A DNA stretch of 64,000 nt from Sarea resinae (taxonomy: Eukaryota). The DNA is taken from positions 620,001 to 684,000 of the forward strand of contig JAPEUD010000003.1 of the NCBI GenBank assembly GCA_026026165.1. Direction: 5' to 3'. The notes beneath the pieces were generated by a model. It did not search any database. It saw only the letters and a list, made by a program, of their open reading frames with translations, and had not been told where the DNA came from. Shown piece by piece: positions 25,781 through 37,358 of this stretch. A program made the translations under genes and the position numbers. Positions within the stretch are counted from its first letter, which is position 1; each line of letters starts with the position of its first letter.

Positions 25781-26648
25781 TCCCCTTTTCTCCCCTCCTT
25801 AGTCCGGTCCTTTTTCCTCTCTCGCCGTTCTCTCCTCTGCCCCCCCGCCTCAGATACACGCACACACACACACGCCCGCTTCACCCGTCCAGGAGATATA
25901 CAGTCCTGCTCCGGAAATTCCTAAGACGTGCCTCTTACCGCATTCAATCTTTCTTTTTCCTCTGTCTTTTCCTACTTCTACCCTACCTGTTCTTTTCGAC
26001 CGTGGACTCTGCCCCATTTCATCCCTGCTCTGTTCTTATCCTGTCGTCTTATCTACTCTTCGCCCCCTCGTTCACTCGCCTCTTCCACACTCCTCATACC
26101 TTCTTATCCGCTCTCCTCCCCTCTCCATATCCATCCTCCCCATCTTCCCTCTCCAACCTTTCTCTCCAACCTCTCTCTAACACCCCTCCTTATCCACTCC
26201 CCTTATCCCCTCCCCCACCCTGTCTTCTCATCTCCTGTCTGTTCCCCCTCTTCTCTCCCCTCTCTTCTTCCCCTCTCTTCTTCCCCTCTCTTCTTCCCCT
26301 CTCTTCTCGCCTCACCCCTCTCCTCATCCACTCTTCTCATCCCTATTCCCCTCCCCTCCTCCCCCTCTTATTCCCATCCCTCAACAACACCAATAACACA
26401 CAACTAACGCCCCCTTCCCCCCCTCTCCGCTAGACGCAAGCGCATACTACGGCTCCCTATGCGCCGACGGCAGTTTCGTCGAGCTCAACAACGAGACCGC
26501 GTACACGACCGTCTTTGTGCCGGTGGCCACTTCCACGGCTACTGGTACGGTTACGGGTGCCGCGACATCACCATCCACGTCTACGATCTCGCGCCGCCAA
26601 ACCCGCCCTATTCGTCGTCGTAGCCTTCGTGCTGGGGCTGCCGTCTAA
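25070..26648 (+). CDS. Small secreted cysteine-rich protein, CFEM-like (152 aa, 3 exons)
   Basis: Exons 25070-25186, 25593-25719 and 26434-26648. Introns 25187-25592 (GTAAGT..CTAAC..CAG) and 25720-26433 (GTTAGT..CTAAC..TAG) splice in frame. The product has a signal peptide, 6 Cys and a Ser/Thr-rich tail. Confidence 0.75.
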
Positions 26649-26849
26649 TCCCGATGTCGAGGGCGATGTCGGTTCCGCAGGTTCCCTGGGTTCCATGGCT
26701 TCCAGGACAATCTGCAGGATCTGAAGGGCGTCTTGGACCAGGGCATCATCTCTCTCTCGGTTCCAACTGCGCCTGTTACAGCGTTACTCTCTTATCCTCT
26801 CATCCTGTCTCCCTGATGGCCCTCTCGCAGGCGTTACCCTGATTGCAGC

Positions 26850-28950
26850 GTTACTCTCTTGCCCTGCGCCTGCTGTCCTGTCCCCTTGTTACCCTGTCAT
26901 GCTATCCTATTCCATTCTATCCCATCCTATTCTATCCTCTTCTGTTCTCTTCACCTCCACTTTCTCTCATTCTCCTTTCCAACCCAACCCAACCCAACCC
27001 AACAAAAAACAAACTCGAAATCAAACTCGAAACTCAAACTCAAACATGACCTCAAACTCCAGCCTCTAAACCCTAAAGCTCAAACCCCAACCTTGCACAA
27101 GAAAGCCGACCTCATCATGAATCCCAGTCCTCTAGTTCTCCTCCACAGCTTAGCTCCCCTAATCCCAGCTCCCCTCAGATCAGCGTAGATCAGCTTATCC
27201 CATCTCCCCTCCCCCTCCTCCTAGCTCAACTCCACAATATTTCCCCTCCCCTCCCCCTCCCCCTCCCTCCCCTTGTCTTTTAACTCCGCCCTGAGTCAAG
27301 AATAAGAATAACAATAAGTATAAGAACGAGAACAAGAACAGAACAAACAAGGATAGCAGAAACCCCAACTTTCACATCTGAATCCACCAGCATGTCATAA
27401 CCTGGCCTAGCCTAGCCTGACCTAGCCTAGCCTAGCCCAGCCCTTTTGACTATCTTCAACCCCCTTTTTCCTGGTCTTTAGCATCCCTGTTTGTCTGTTT
27501 GTTTGTTTGTTCGTTTGTGAAGTCAAAGGAAAAGGAAAAGGAAAAGGAAATTCTTTTGGTTTGATCAAGTCGAGTCGAGTTGGCTGACTGGAGTTGGCTT
27601 GAGTTGAATTGGCTTGAGCTGAGTTGGCTTGGCTTGGCTTAGCTTGACTTGACTTGACTTTATTTTGCTTGGCTTCGCTTTGATCAAGAAGTAAAGTAAA
27701 GTATAGTAAATTGAACGGAACCGAACAGAATACAACATAGAATGTAGACGTAGATGTAGACAGACGGAGACGGAGACACAGACAGAGACACAGACAGACA
27801 GACGTAGACATAGACGTAGGACAGAGATAGCACTAGCAAACCCACTTGATTGATCAATCAATCAATCAATCACTCAATCATTGATACCAAGACCCCCTTG
27901 ATGCTACCCTTCTATCTTACCGCTTCATGCTCCCGCTTCATGCTACCGCTTTATGCTACCTATTCATCTTACCGTCTTATCACATATTAGTATTTCAGTC
28001 CCTGGAGACCTAGTGTCCTACTATGTATGTATTCCAGCTCTACCGCTAGCTCCACCTCCACCTCTACCTCTAGATCCAGGTCCAGATCCAGATCCAGATC
28101 CACAAAACGCCCGATACAGGCAAATGAAGAGACAGAAAGCGAAGAGACCTAAAGAGAAGTCGAGTGCAGCTATCATCTCGTCCTTCTTGTCTCTGGCCTA
28201 GTCTACTACTCTCTACTCCCTACTCTACGCCCTCTACTCTCTTCCTACCCTTGCTTTTCCAAAGTCACCTATGTACGGTATACCCTCGAGCTAAGTTCTG
28301 CGCTAGCCCGTCGCCCTGCCACCCCGTCATTTGGAGCTGAGTGGGTGGGTGGAGGGGTAGGGAGGTAGGTAGGTAGGCTTGTACGCAGACAGACAGACAG
28401 ATAGATAAACAGACAGGCAGACAGGTGGGTGGGTGGGTGGGTGGATACTCAGAAATGGGATGGAGCGGAACGGGATGAGATGGAATCACAAAGGGAGACA
28501 ATCATATATAGATAATCATATTTAGATAGGTAGATCGATAAATAGATAGATAGGTTCGTCAATAGGTTCGTCAGTACGCAGATAAGTACGCAGATAGGTA
28601 GGTGGTTAGGTAGGTAGGTAGGTATGAAAAGCACCGTCTAGCGAAGAAGTAAAGAGAAGCTAAACAATCAATCAATCAATCAATCGAGAGCGTGGAAAGT
28701 GAAAAGGGTGGATGATAGAGATACGGGATATGACATCGACGTATAAACTGGCTAAGAATGCATGCAGGAGAAAGGACAAAGAAGGGGGGAGCTAGAAAAA
28801 GGCTTGGAAATGCAGGGGCAAGACGAAGACGGAGAGTAGATGATGAGAGAGAAGAAGAGCATAGATGGTGAGAGAGAAGAAGATAAAGTCTAGACGAGTG
28901 GAAGCGTGAAACGTTCGAGAAGTACGCTTTCATTGTAAATATAGGCAAAG
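26850..28950. repeat. Microsatellite/minisatellite mosaic between convergent genes
   Basis: Arrays of CAACC, AAACTC, CCTAG, TTTG, GGAAAA, CTTGA, GAGACACA, ATCA, GATCCA, AGAC, GGGT and TAGG. Also a ~12-13 bp unit (atgctaccgctt) at ~27900-27980. Confidence 0.9.
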
Positions 28951-29256
28951 CGCTAAGTGGTTCGTAAGATGATGGCTAAAACATAGACAGACCAAAAGAA
29001 TCAGAGCCCAAAGAAAACACCGCGTTCAAACACCGCTGGAAAGCAAAAAGACGAAGCATTGCGAGATCAAATATCTAAAGACATGCACGGGTGCGAGAAA
29101 GTTCAAAAATCGCTAGCAGCAGCAACAAAACAAATAAACAAACCCCCAAAATATGCTAATCAGATCGGAAACGCTCAAGTAAAAAAAATAATCGCACGCG
29201 CAAAACATGCAAAGACCAAAGCAAAACAGATGGTACGACGATGGCTGCCTGGTCGG

Positions 29257-32200
29257 CTACTTGTTTCCTTGCTGTCGTGGTTGCTCGTGGGAGTCTTGCC
29301 TTGTTATTTCTGGTGGAGGGATAGTAGCATCTGGCGTCCGATGTGTTCCGCGGCCGACTTCTTCTGGGGAACCTATTTTGCTGGGCGAGGGGGATGGATG
29401 CTGGGCTGATGTTTGACTGAACGGTGGTACGCTTGGCGTGTCATTAATGTGCGCGCCGACGCCTGCGAGGAAACTGTCGGTGTAATGGGAGGGCGTGGGA
29501 GGAGACACTGGACTAGGACTAGATAGGTAGTCTTTTTGCTGGGGAGGATCGATGCTGGCTTGGTCTTCCAAGAGCCTGGATTGTGGATGTTGGTCAGGAG
29601 AGTCGGACCGGGAACCGGGCTGAAGTACAGGGAGAGACCCAGTGGGATGAGACTGTGGTGGAATGGATTCCGGTGGTGGATTGGATTTTGGTATTGGATT
29701 GGATTTCAGTGGTGCGTTGAATTCCGGTAGTGGGTCGGATTGCGGTGGCGGATTGAATTCCGGTGGTGGATTGAGTTCCGGTGGTGGCTTGAGTTCAGGT
29801 AGTGGCTTGAGTTCCGGTAGTGCCTTGGATTCCGATGGTGGATTGGAAACATCTGGGGATCTGAGATCGGGCGGAGAGCGAGGCTTCAGGGGAAGAGACT
29901 CGACTTGCTGGGGTTCCGACGAAGAATAGGCGTTCAAAGGAGAGTGGGACTGTGGGGGTGGGAGTGATTTGTGCAGATCCTGAGGCGGTAGTGAGTTATT
30001 GGATTTCGTGGGCGTAGCTGGCTCAAGGGCGGTCAGAGGGGATGGTGCGTTCACTGATGATGGTTGCGAATCGTCCAAGATCAGGTCCTTTCCTTGGATC
30101 TGGCCGGAGTGAGGATGATGACCGGGCGCCGACTCCTTCGGCGGACTCGCCCCAGGATCTTGGACCTTCAACGGATCGGCCCCATGTGGTGTCTTCTCAG
30201 AACTCGACCAATCGGGAATCTCATCAGAGGTTGAGGGCAGGCCAAGGTTCGCCCTCGAACTGTCATTCTTGTCACCAGATCCACCGAACACGACGGCAGG
30301 AAGATTCGCCTCCGTCTTTTCAGCAGTACCTTGCTTGGAAACCCCTTCCCCCGTCAACGAAATCCGAGATAACGGCGGCGTGACTTCCCCGTCGAGATCG
30401 TCCTCTTTCAGTTCCATGGGCTCTCTTCTGATCAAATATGGATGGCCCTCGTCTTCAAACTCCTCCCACTTCTTCCCATCGCCGGGCGATACTGGAAGAA
30501 TTTGAGCCTCGAGCTCACTACCTTCACGTGATTCCCCAGTTGAACCGGCCGTGAGACCATGTGCTGGTTCAAGATGCCTTGTATCAATAGCCAGTGGCCT
30601 GCCTCTAGTGGGCTCCAGGATATAAGAACAAGAGCTATCGAAGCCTAGACCCGGTGTTGCCCCTGGTGGTACAAGATATGTACGACCATCTCCCGACAAG
30701 CTCGAAGGCGTTGCGGTCCCTCCGAAACTTGCAAGTCTCGCTATATCCTCTCGTTCAACCGCTGCGGCGGGGTTGATATACTGCTTTTCAGATCTCTTCG
30801 CATAGCCGTGCTTGGACGCCACAAGAGGTTGGGCATAGTCATGTCCCCTCTCGGGAAACCTCGTCAGCAATTCCCTCGCGGATAACCGCTGCTCTGGTCG
30901 ATCACTGAGACATATTGACACGAGCTCTCGATAGTACTGCGGAACATCTTCGGTCTGGCTGAATATTAGCGGCCGCTGATGATGCTCCGGGGCATCCTGC
31001 TCTTTGGCTAGTGCCCACAAGACCATTCCTAATTGAAAAAGGTCAGACTTGACGCCGATATACATGGATACCCTTTGACTGCTCTCGATGAGAGCTGCTA
31101 TTTCCGGCGGTTCCCATCCCACAGGGCAACCGCGCCGGTTGATGTCGATGATCTTTGCGTCATCCTGGCCGTCGATGACGATGTTTGACAGTGTAAAGTC
31201 TCCTTGCACGAAGCCTCCTTCGTGGATCTCCGACAATCCTCGAACAATCTGCTTGGCCCATCTCTCGCGTCTACCCCACTCCAAGTGGCCCTTCTCGTCG
31301 AAGATCAGGTCCACCAACGCACCTTGTTCCGCATAGCTGATCAAAAGTCCCTTGATACATTCCGTCTTCTCGTCTATGATTACTCCTCCAAAATGGATGA
31401 CGTTCGAGGACCCGGTCAGAAAATGCAACGCATTGATCTCGTACAGAAATTCATCCACCGTATCAGGTCCCGGAATCTCTTTCTTGATAAAGACCTGATT
31501 CCCAACTCGTACTTTGTACACAAATCCCGACAGATGAGAGTCAAATACCAAGGAGCTCTCCGCAAATCGAGGGCACTGTAGATGCTTGATAGACGACACA
31601 GGCGGATAAGGGATGATCTCGTTGACATCTTCCGTGACATGGACGTGTAGCCTTCCATCGCTGGTCTGTAGTTTGAGGTTTGTGACGGTATTGTAGAATT
31701 GAATGTCCCCAAGAGATTCGCGGATGGACTCGTATATGCGGGTGCTCTTCTCTCGCTGCGATCGGAGCTTTTTGAGCTCACTTTCCAGTGAATCTGGCGG
31801 CGCGTTTCGATAGTCACAGGAAACCGTGACCCTTCGCCAGATGTGTGGGGATTCGGCATAGGTGACGAAGAACTTTTCTCGGTCGGAGCGATCTCGGAAA
31901 TGCATGCTCAGGTTGAGGATCCATTTCAGATTCAGCTCCGCATCCAACAGATCGTCGATGTCATCGTCATCAGGTCCCTCGGAAAAGGAACCACCGTCTG
32001 ATCCTACGTCCGGGACAGATTCAGGCCCTGGAGGAAGCATACTCTCTGCCACACTGGGTCGAATCTCAATCACCTCCCCTATGGATGCTGTATCCTTGAC
32101 ATCGTTCACAGAAGCCGGCCGGCCATCCGAGCTTCGAAATTCGGGAGCCGATGACCTTGGCAAAGGGACGGGTCGCGGTGACGCTGCACGGACATCAGTC

Positions 32201-32544
32201 ACGGCTCGAGATCGACCTGCCGACGCAGCTCTTCGCTGTTCGAGAAGACCGGACGGAATTGGCTCGAGCCGGTCTCGTCGTTCCGAATTTTGCCGTTTGA
32301 AGGTCCCGGGCCGGGGAAGACCAGGGACGACCTTTCGTTGAATCCTCCGCCCAAACCCCGGTCTCCTCTCTTCTCCTGCCGGCGGCGGGCTCTGCCCTGC
32401 CGACGCCTCATTGCTTTCCTCCTTGCCCAGCCAATTGCCAAATCTTTTCGAGATGCTCAAGCGTTCCCACATGGTCGGTCTCGACGTCATCTTCTCGTCT
32501 TCGAATGAGGTGATCGACGAGGTGCTGGCGACGCGAAGAGCCAT
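29257..32544 (-). CDS. Fungal Ser/Thr protein kinase-like protein with atypical motifs and Pro-rich C-terminal tail (1095 aa)
   Basis: Single long ORF with kinase-fold motifs GFVYKV, FIKKE, EFLYEINAL, QGDFTLSN, IIDIN, GWEPPE and KSDLFQLG. Confidence 0.88.
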   Translation of the reverse strand: MALRVASTSSITSFEDEKMTSRPTMWERLSISKRFGNWLGKEESNEASAGQSPPPAGEERRPGFGRRIQRKVVPGLPRPGTFKRQNSERRDRLEPIPSGLLEQRRAASAGRSRAVTDVRAASPRPVPLPRSSAPEFRSSDGRPASVNDVKDTASIGEVIEIRPSVAESMLPPGPESVPDVGSDGGSFSEGPDDDDIDDLLDAELNLKWILNLSMHFRDRSDREKFFVTYAESPHIWRRVTVSCDYRNAPPDSLESELKKLRSQREKSTRIYESIRESLGDIQFYNTVTNLKLQTSDGRLHVHVTEDVNEIIPYPPVSSIKHLQCPRFAESSLVFDSHLSGFVYKVRVGNQVFIKKEIPGPDTVDEFLYEINALHFLTGSSNVIHFGGVIIDEKTECIKGLLISYAEQGALVDLIFDEKGHLEWGRRERWAKQIVRGLSEIHEGGFVQGDFTLSNIVIDGQDDAKIIDINRRGCPVGWEPPEIAALIESSQRVSMYIGVKSDLFQLGMVLWALAKEQDAPEHHQRPLIFSQTEDVPQYYRELVSICLSDRPEQRLSARELLTRFPERGHDYAQPLVASKHGYAKRSEKQYINPAAAVEREDIARLASFGGTATPSSLSGDGRTYLVPPGATPGLGFDSSCSYILEPTRGRPLAIDTRHLEPAHGLTAGSTGESREGSELEAQILPVSPGDGKKWEEFEDEGHPYLIRREPMELKEDDLDGEVTPPLSRISLTGEGVSKQGTAEKTEANLPAVVFGGSGDKNDSSRANLGLPSTSDEIPDWSSSEKTPHGADPLKVQDPGASPPKESAPGHHPHSGQIQGKDLILDDSQPSSVNAPSPLTALEPATPTKSNNSLPPQDLHKSLPPPQSHSPLNAYSSSEPQQVESLPLKPRSPPDLRSPDVSNPPSESKALPELKPLPELKPPPELNPPPEFNPPPQSDPLPEFNAPLKSNPIPKSNPPPESIPPQSHPTGSLPVLQPGSRSDSPDQHPQSRLLEDQASIDPPQQKDYLSSPSPVSPPTPSHYTDSFLAGVGAHINDTPSVPPFSQTSAQHPSPSPSKIGSPEEVGRGTHRTPDATIPPPEITRQDSHEQPRQQGNK
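29650..29850 (-). repeat. In-frame degenerate 18-bp tandem repeat in kinase tail
   Basis: Encodes KALPEL KPLPEL KPPPEL NPPPEF NPPPQS DPLPEF NAPLKS NPIPKS NPPPES. Confidence 0.85.
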
Positions 32545-33099
32545 AGGGCTACACCCGGTGCAGTCGTGACGAAAGTCGGCCGTGGATCATCGACCAAGAC
32601 GGTTCGTGGGGGTATGCAATGCCGACTTCCATGGGCTCATCAGTGATCGGCCAATTGAGTCTTATGTACGTGTTTGCGGTCGGTCGACGTTCTAGGAAGG
32701 CGGCTCGATGTCTGGATGGACGTGTGTATGCTGCACGGAATCGGCAGCGGACGGCCAGTCGTCGTCGATGTCGTCGGTGTCGTCGTTGTCGTCGTCGTCG
32801 TCGACGTCGCCGCAACGTCTGACTGAGGGGAAGGGTTTTCGGGGCGGCACGGCTTCACCGCCAAGGTGAGACTCTTGTACGATTTCGCATGCAGGCTGGG
32901 CGAATTGAGCGAATTAAATGCCGTGTCACCTATATAGCTCGACAAGCGGAAGCGAAGAGATCAATTTCATCCAAAACCTCCAGCAGTCAGCCCTTGTCTC
33001 TTCTGGACCTGTCCGGGCGGGCTCGTCTTGTCTTGGACTGCCTCGACCTTTGGGGGGGTTCGTGTGACGGTTGTGCGATGTAGAGCGGGAGAAAAGGAA

Positions 33100-34091
33100 G
33101 GCTGTGCAGGGAGTAGGGAGGTATGTATGTACGGCGGGGTGAGAGTGGACTATCGACTATTGGGTGTATATACGAAAAGGTATGGTATTTCCAGAGAACA
33201 ACAGTAAAGGTGCCGGTACTGAGTATATGGGTGGAGGGATGTGTGGATCCGTAAGAGTATACGGATGGGGGATATGTATTGATGTGGAGTGGGAGTGGGA
33301 GTGGGAGGTGGAAGTACGAGCCGTGTTGAGAAGAGCGTCAGGTAGGTCCGGTAGGTCGCTGGATGTTCATTGTCGATGTCGATGTCGATGTCGATAAACG
33401 ATAGAGGCACGAAGAAGTGAAGGGATTACTGAATGAACACCAGGCAGAGTAATTCGACTACGCATACGCAGCATGTAATGTAGAAGGCTGTACTACGACA
33501 TCAGACAGGGCCAGAGATGCATCCTCGGCGTCGAATCAACTTGGGCAATCTGCTGCCATCTGCTGCCATCTGCTGCACGATGCCACACAACAACCTTGAA
33601 GGGGCCGAATCAATCGAACACCGGCGCTGCACTCTGACGCCAGGACGGAACAGAGGACAGAGGTGTCGGTCGACCAAGATAATCATCCGAAGGATTCTTG
33701 CTGCTCCAGGAGAGACAACGACGACACATCGCATGCCATGGATGGCATGGCATGCCATGGCATCACATCTGCGCCGCCATCATCTCACATCCATCCCTCG
33801 AATCCCTCGAGTCTTTCTCCACCAGAGCGGCCAAGCTCGCCGGCTTGCAGGCTTGCAGGCATGGTCGGGGCGCATTGGACGCTGGAGGGGAAATGCGAAA
33901 TGAGAGGAAGGGTGTGGCCCTGGTTAGCTATGCCCCCAGCGGTGGTGGTGGTGGTGGGTGCGAGGCGTCCATGGACAAATGGCAGGGCGCCGATGCACGT
34001 TAGACGCTGACGAGCAGCTGCTGAGCTGGCAGTGGCAGAACCGTCAACAATGGAAAAAACCAACACCGGAGGACAACAACAACAATCAAAA

Positions 34092-34122
<31 letters not shown>

Positions 34123-37100
34123 AACAACAAACACCACCTCACAACACCAAAAGATGTCATCATCCGCGACTACATGATCTCTACGTAGGCCGTCATCTCG
34201 ATGGCCTTGGGGTCACCACAGGGTCAGAGGGGCAAGTCAATGGACAAGCAACAAAAGTAGTGGGGAACTTGACTACTCCGTAGAACCATCCCACCGTACA
34301 CTTCCCACGCCTCTACCTAGCGGCCTCGTTCTTCCCAGACCACCTACTATAGTAGTATCTACCTACCTGACCTGTCTGCCACCTTAGCCGCCAGGCAGAT
34401 GAGTGACTCAGGCCGAGGAGCGTGGATCATGCAAATACGAAGCCTCGGAGTGCTCTGCTCTGAATCGGCTTCTTATTCGAGAGACGAAGTACGAAGTAAT
34501 GTCCGAAGTACACAAAGCTGCAATGGAAGTGCCCCAACCTCCAGGGCTGTCACTCTCCATGACCATCTCGGTCGATGATGAGTCTCGAACAGAGTCCAGA
34601 CCTTCAAAGAGAGAGCCGCATCTCATCCAGCCATCAGGATGAGGACTCGGCTTCGAAGAGAACAGATACCTCTGGCGACTTCCGCCCGATGCGTCCAGCT
34701 CGTCCGGCACCCGCCCCGAACGGCCTCCCGCATGCATTAGATCTCCTCTTTCCCCTCCTCGCGGACCCCCCTCCCCTGCCTGCCATCTCTCCTACCAGTA
34801 ATGGAACCTCGTTGCCAGCACTCTCAGCCTCTTCTCCTCCGCAGTAGCTGCGCTCATGCTTCGTACTTCGTACATGCTCCTCTTCGCCTCTCCAATCTGC
34901 CAAATCCTCGCTCACACCTGCCCGCATCATCATCATCATCTTACTCGACGACAAAAGACTCATGCAGTCGTGGCTCCAATCGTCTGCCCCCCCCGCCTCC
35001 CCGCCCGCCGCCCCTAATATTGGGTCAACGCCCGACACACCCTCTCTGTTCTCCCTTCCCGGGTATGTATGCATGGCAAATCAACAACGATACTGTAGCA
35101 ATGTATGTATGTATGAATGCAATTGGCTTTTTGAGAGAGTGTCTTCCAGAATATTACCATTTTTTTGCTTTTCTGCGCCGACCGTGCTGGCCGTGCTCGT
35201 CGGCGTGGTGAGGAATGGATGGATGGATGGATGGATGAAAGAAGGAATTGACGATGCCTGCATGGCGTCGCGTCGCATCGCCTCGCCTCGCATCGCATCC
35301 CTCGCTCCGCATTGCAGCATTGTCATGTTTCTCGCTCGTATCGTATATGTGCGGGCACGCAGTCGGTCGGACGTGCGCTCGCCCGTTGGTTCGTCTGTCT
35401 GCCTGAAGACTGCAATTCAACGGCATCATCGACTTGGCTATCTCATGCCGTTCTTCGGCAAGATCAAGACTACATACGTGCGATCGAACCGCTGCACGGC
35501 GGCCGAGCAGCAACCATACTCTAGCTCCAGCTCTAGACAGCAGACAGCAGACAGCAGATAGATGGTCTATCAATGTCCATCAAGAACGACAGCCGACCCG
35601 AGAACCATGACCCAGCAGAATCCCAAACCACTAATCGGCGATCACTATACACGGGAGACCGAGAGATAGATGGACAACGAATACTCTCCAGACAAACAGA
35701 GCTATTAATTTCGTTTCATTGATTTGAGTCATCCACTGGAAGCCAGAGCAGATGAATTGACCTCCCGAGTAGTTTGATGCCGAGTCCGAGTCCGAGTCCG
35801 AGCGATACACGTCCTCTCTTTCTTCCTACAGCACTGTCGTCTCCTTTCCTCTGCTCTACTCTACTCTCTCTACTCTGTTCTACCCTACTGTACTCTGCTG
35901 TACTCTGCCCTACTCTACTCTATCTACCATTTCTCTTTCCCTTCCCTCCCCTTCCTTTCCTTTCCTTCCTTACCTTCCATTCCATCCAGCCATACCCTTA
36001 CCAACACAAATCTCCAAATCAGCCCTACCCTCTACCATCTACTCATTACCCTCTCTACTCACCTCCCACGCCCTTTCACCCCTTTCGCCCCCTATCCCAT
36101 CCCATTCTATCCCATCCTATCCTACCCCAGCACGCCCATCCCCGCCCAATACCATTCCAACACCATCCCTCTCCCCTACACCACAAACCACACGCCATAC
36201 ACGCGCCACGGCCCCCAAGACCCGCCCGGGCCCCGCGTGTAGGAACCCTAAAAGACAACAAAAGAAACAAAACAGTAAACAAACAGGGCCTGCAGGCCGA
36301 GTGTAGCCGCTCCTTGCCTTATTTACCCTACCTTACGTCGACTGACTTTACCCTACCTACCTACCTACCTACCTGACCTCACCTTGAATAAATTCCTCTC
36401 AACTAAACCCCGTGTCCAAGTAGGCTGGCTAACCACCCATTCCCATCCCACGCACGTATGCCTCTATACACTAGATTTGCAGCACGCAAGATAGATACAG
36501 AATACTAACTATCTAACTAACTAGCTAACTCAACTAACTAACTAGCTAGTTAGCTCTAACTTGAAAACCCTCTTAACTTATCAGTATATACATATACATA
36601 TCCATACATACATACACCAACTAATTACCTTAGATAAATGTCTAGATCTCTAGCACTTTAGAGCTATAGCTACCTAGATAATTGAAGATGATTTCTCTAG
36701 GTATATATCTACCTACCTATCTATCTTTTGGTCTATAAACGTAGATAGAGATATATGTATATGTAAATCTATTTCAATATAGGAGATGGCTGTGTGAATA
36801 TGTATTATATGTGTCTAGAGGACTACCTATAGCAGAGCAGGTTCGTATTAAGGAAGTAGAATTAGGTGGATAGCTGGATGGATGGATAGATAGATAGATT
36901 GATAGATCTATCTCGACTGTCTTTTCTACCTACGTATCTTACCTTATAAAGCCAACCCTACTTACCTGCCTTAGTCACTCATTCTTCCCCCCCCCCCTCA
37001 ATCCCTCTCTTACAAGTGCCAAGTCCCACCCAAGACAAGCCATGAAAACACATCCACACACACCTGCTCTCAATATGTACTCCTATAATATAAACTTTAA

Positions 37101-37358
37101 TTCTAGTATGTATATCCACATTCACACGGACATGACGACCGATACCCCAACCCACCGATCCTCGCGTTCTTGGCACCCACCGAAGAAGAAAAGAAGAGCG
37201 AGAAAGAAGAACAGAACGCCTGATCTGGTTGGTGATTGAGCCTGCCCTGTCCTGATAGGAGATGAGCCCGCTTGTCATCGTACACGGCTGGACGGCTGGA
37301 CGACTGTACGGCTTTACGGCTGTACGGCTACATCGCGGTACCAACCTGACAGAAGCAG

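Noticed and set aside
25672..26433. 253-aa and 159-aa Leu/Pro/Ser-rich ORFs
   Set aside because: Stop-poor translation of pyrimidine low-complexity DNA lying in intron 2 of the secreted-protein gene.
27300..28700. CRISPR-like or telomeric arrays
   Set aside because: Eukaryotic context, no constant repeat with unique spacers, and no (TTAGGG)n run.
35774..36376. 200-aa ORF
   Set aside because: Derived from microsatellite and low-complexity sequence.
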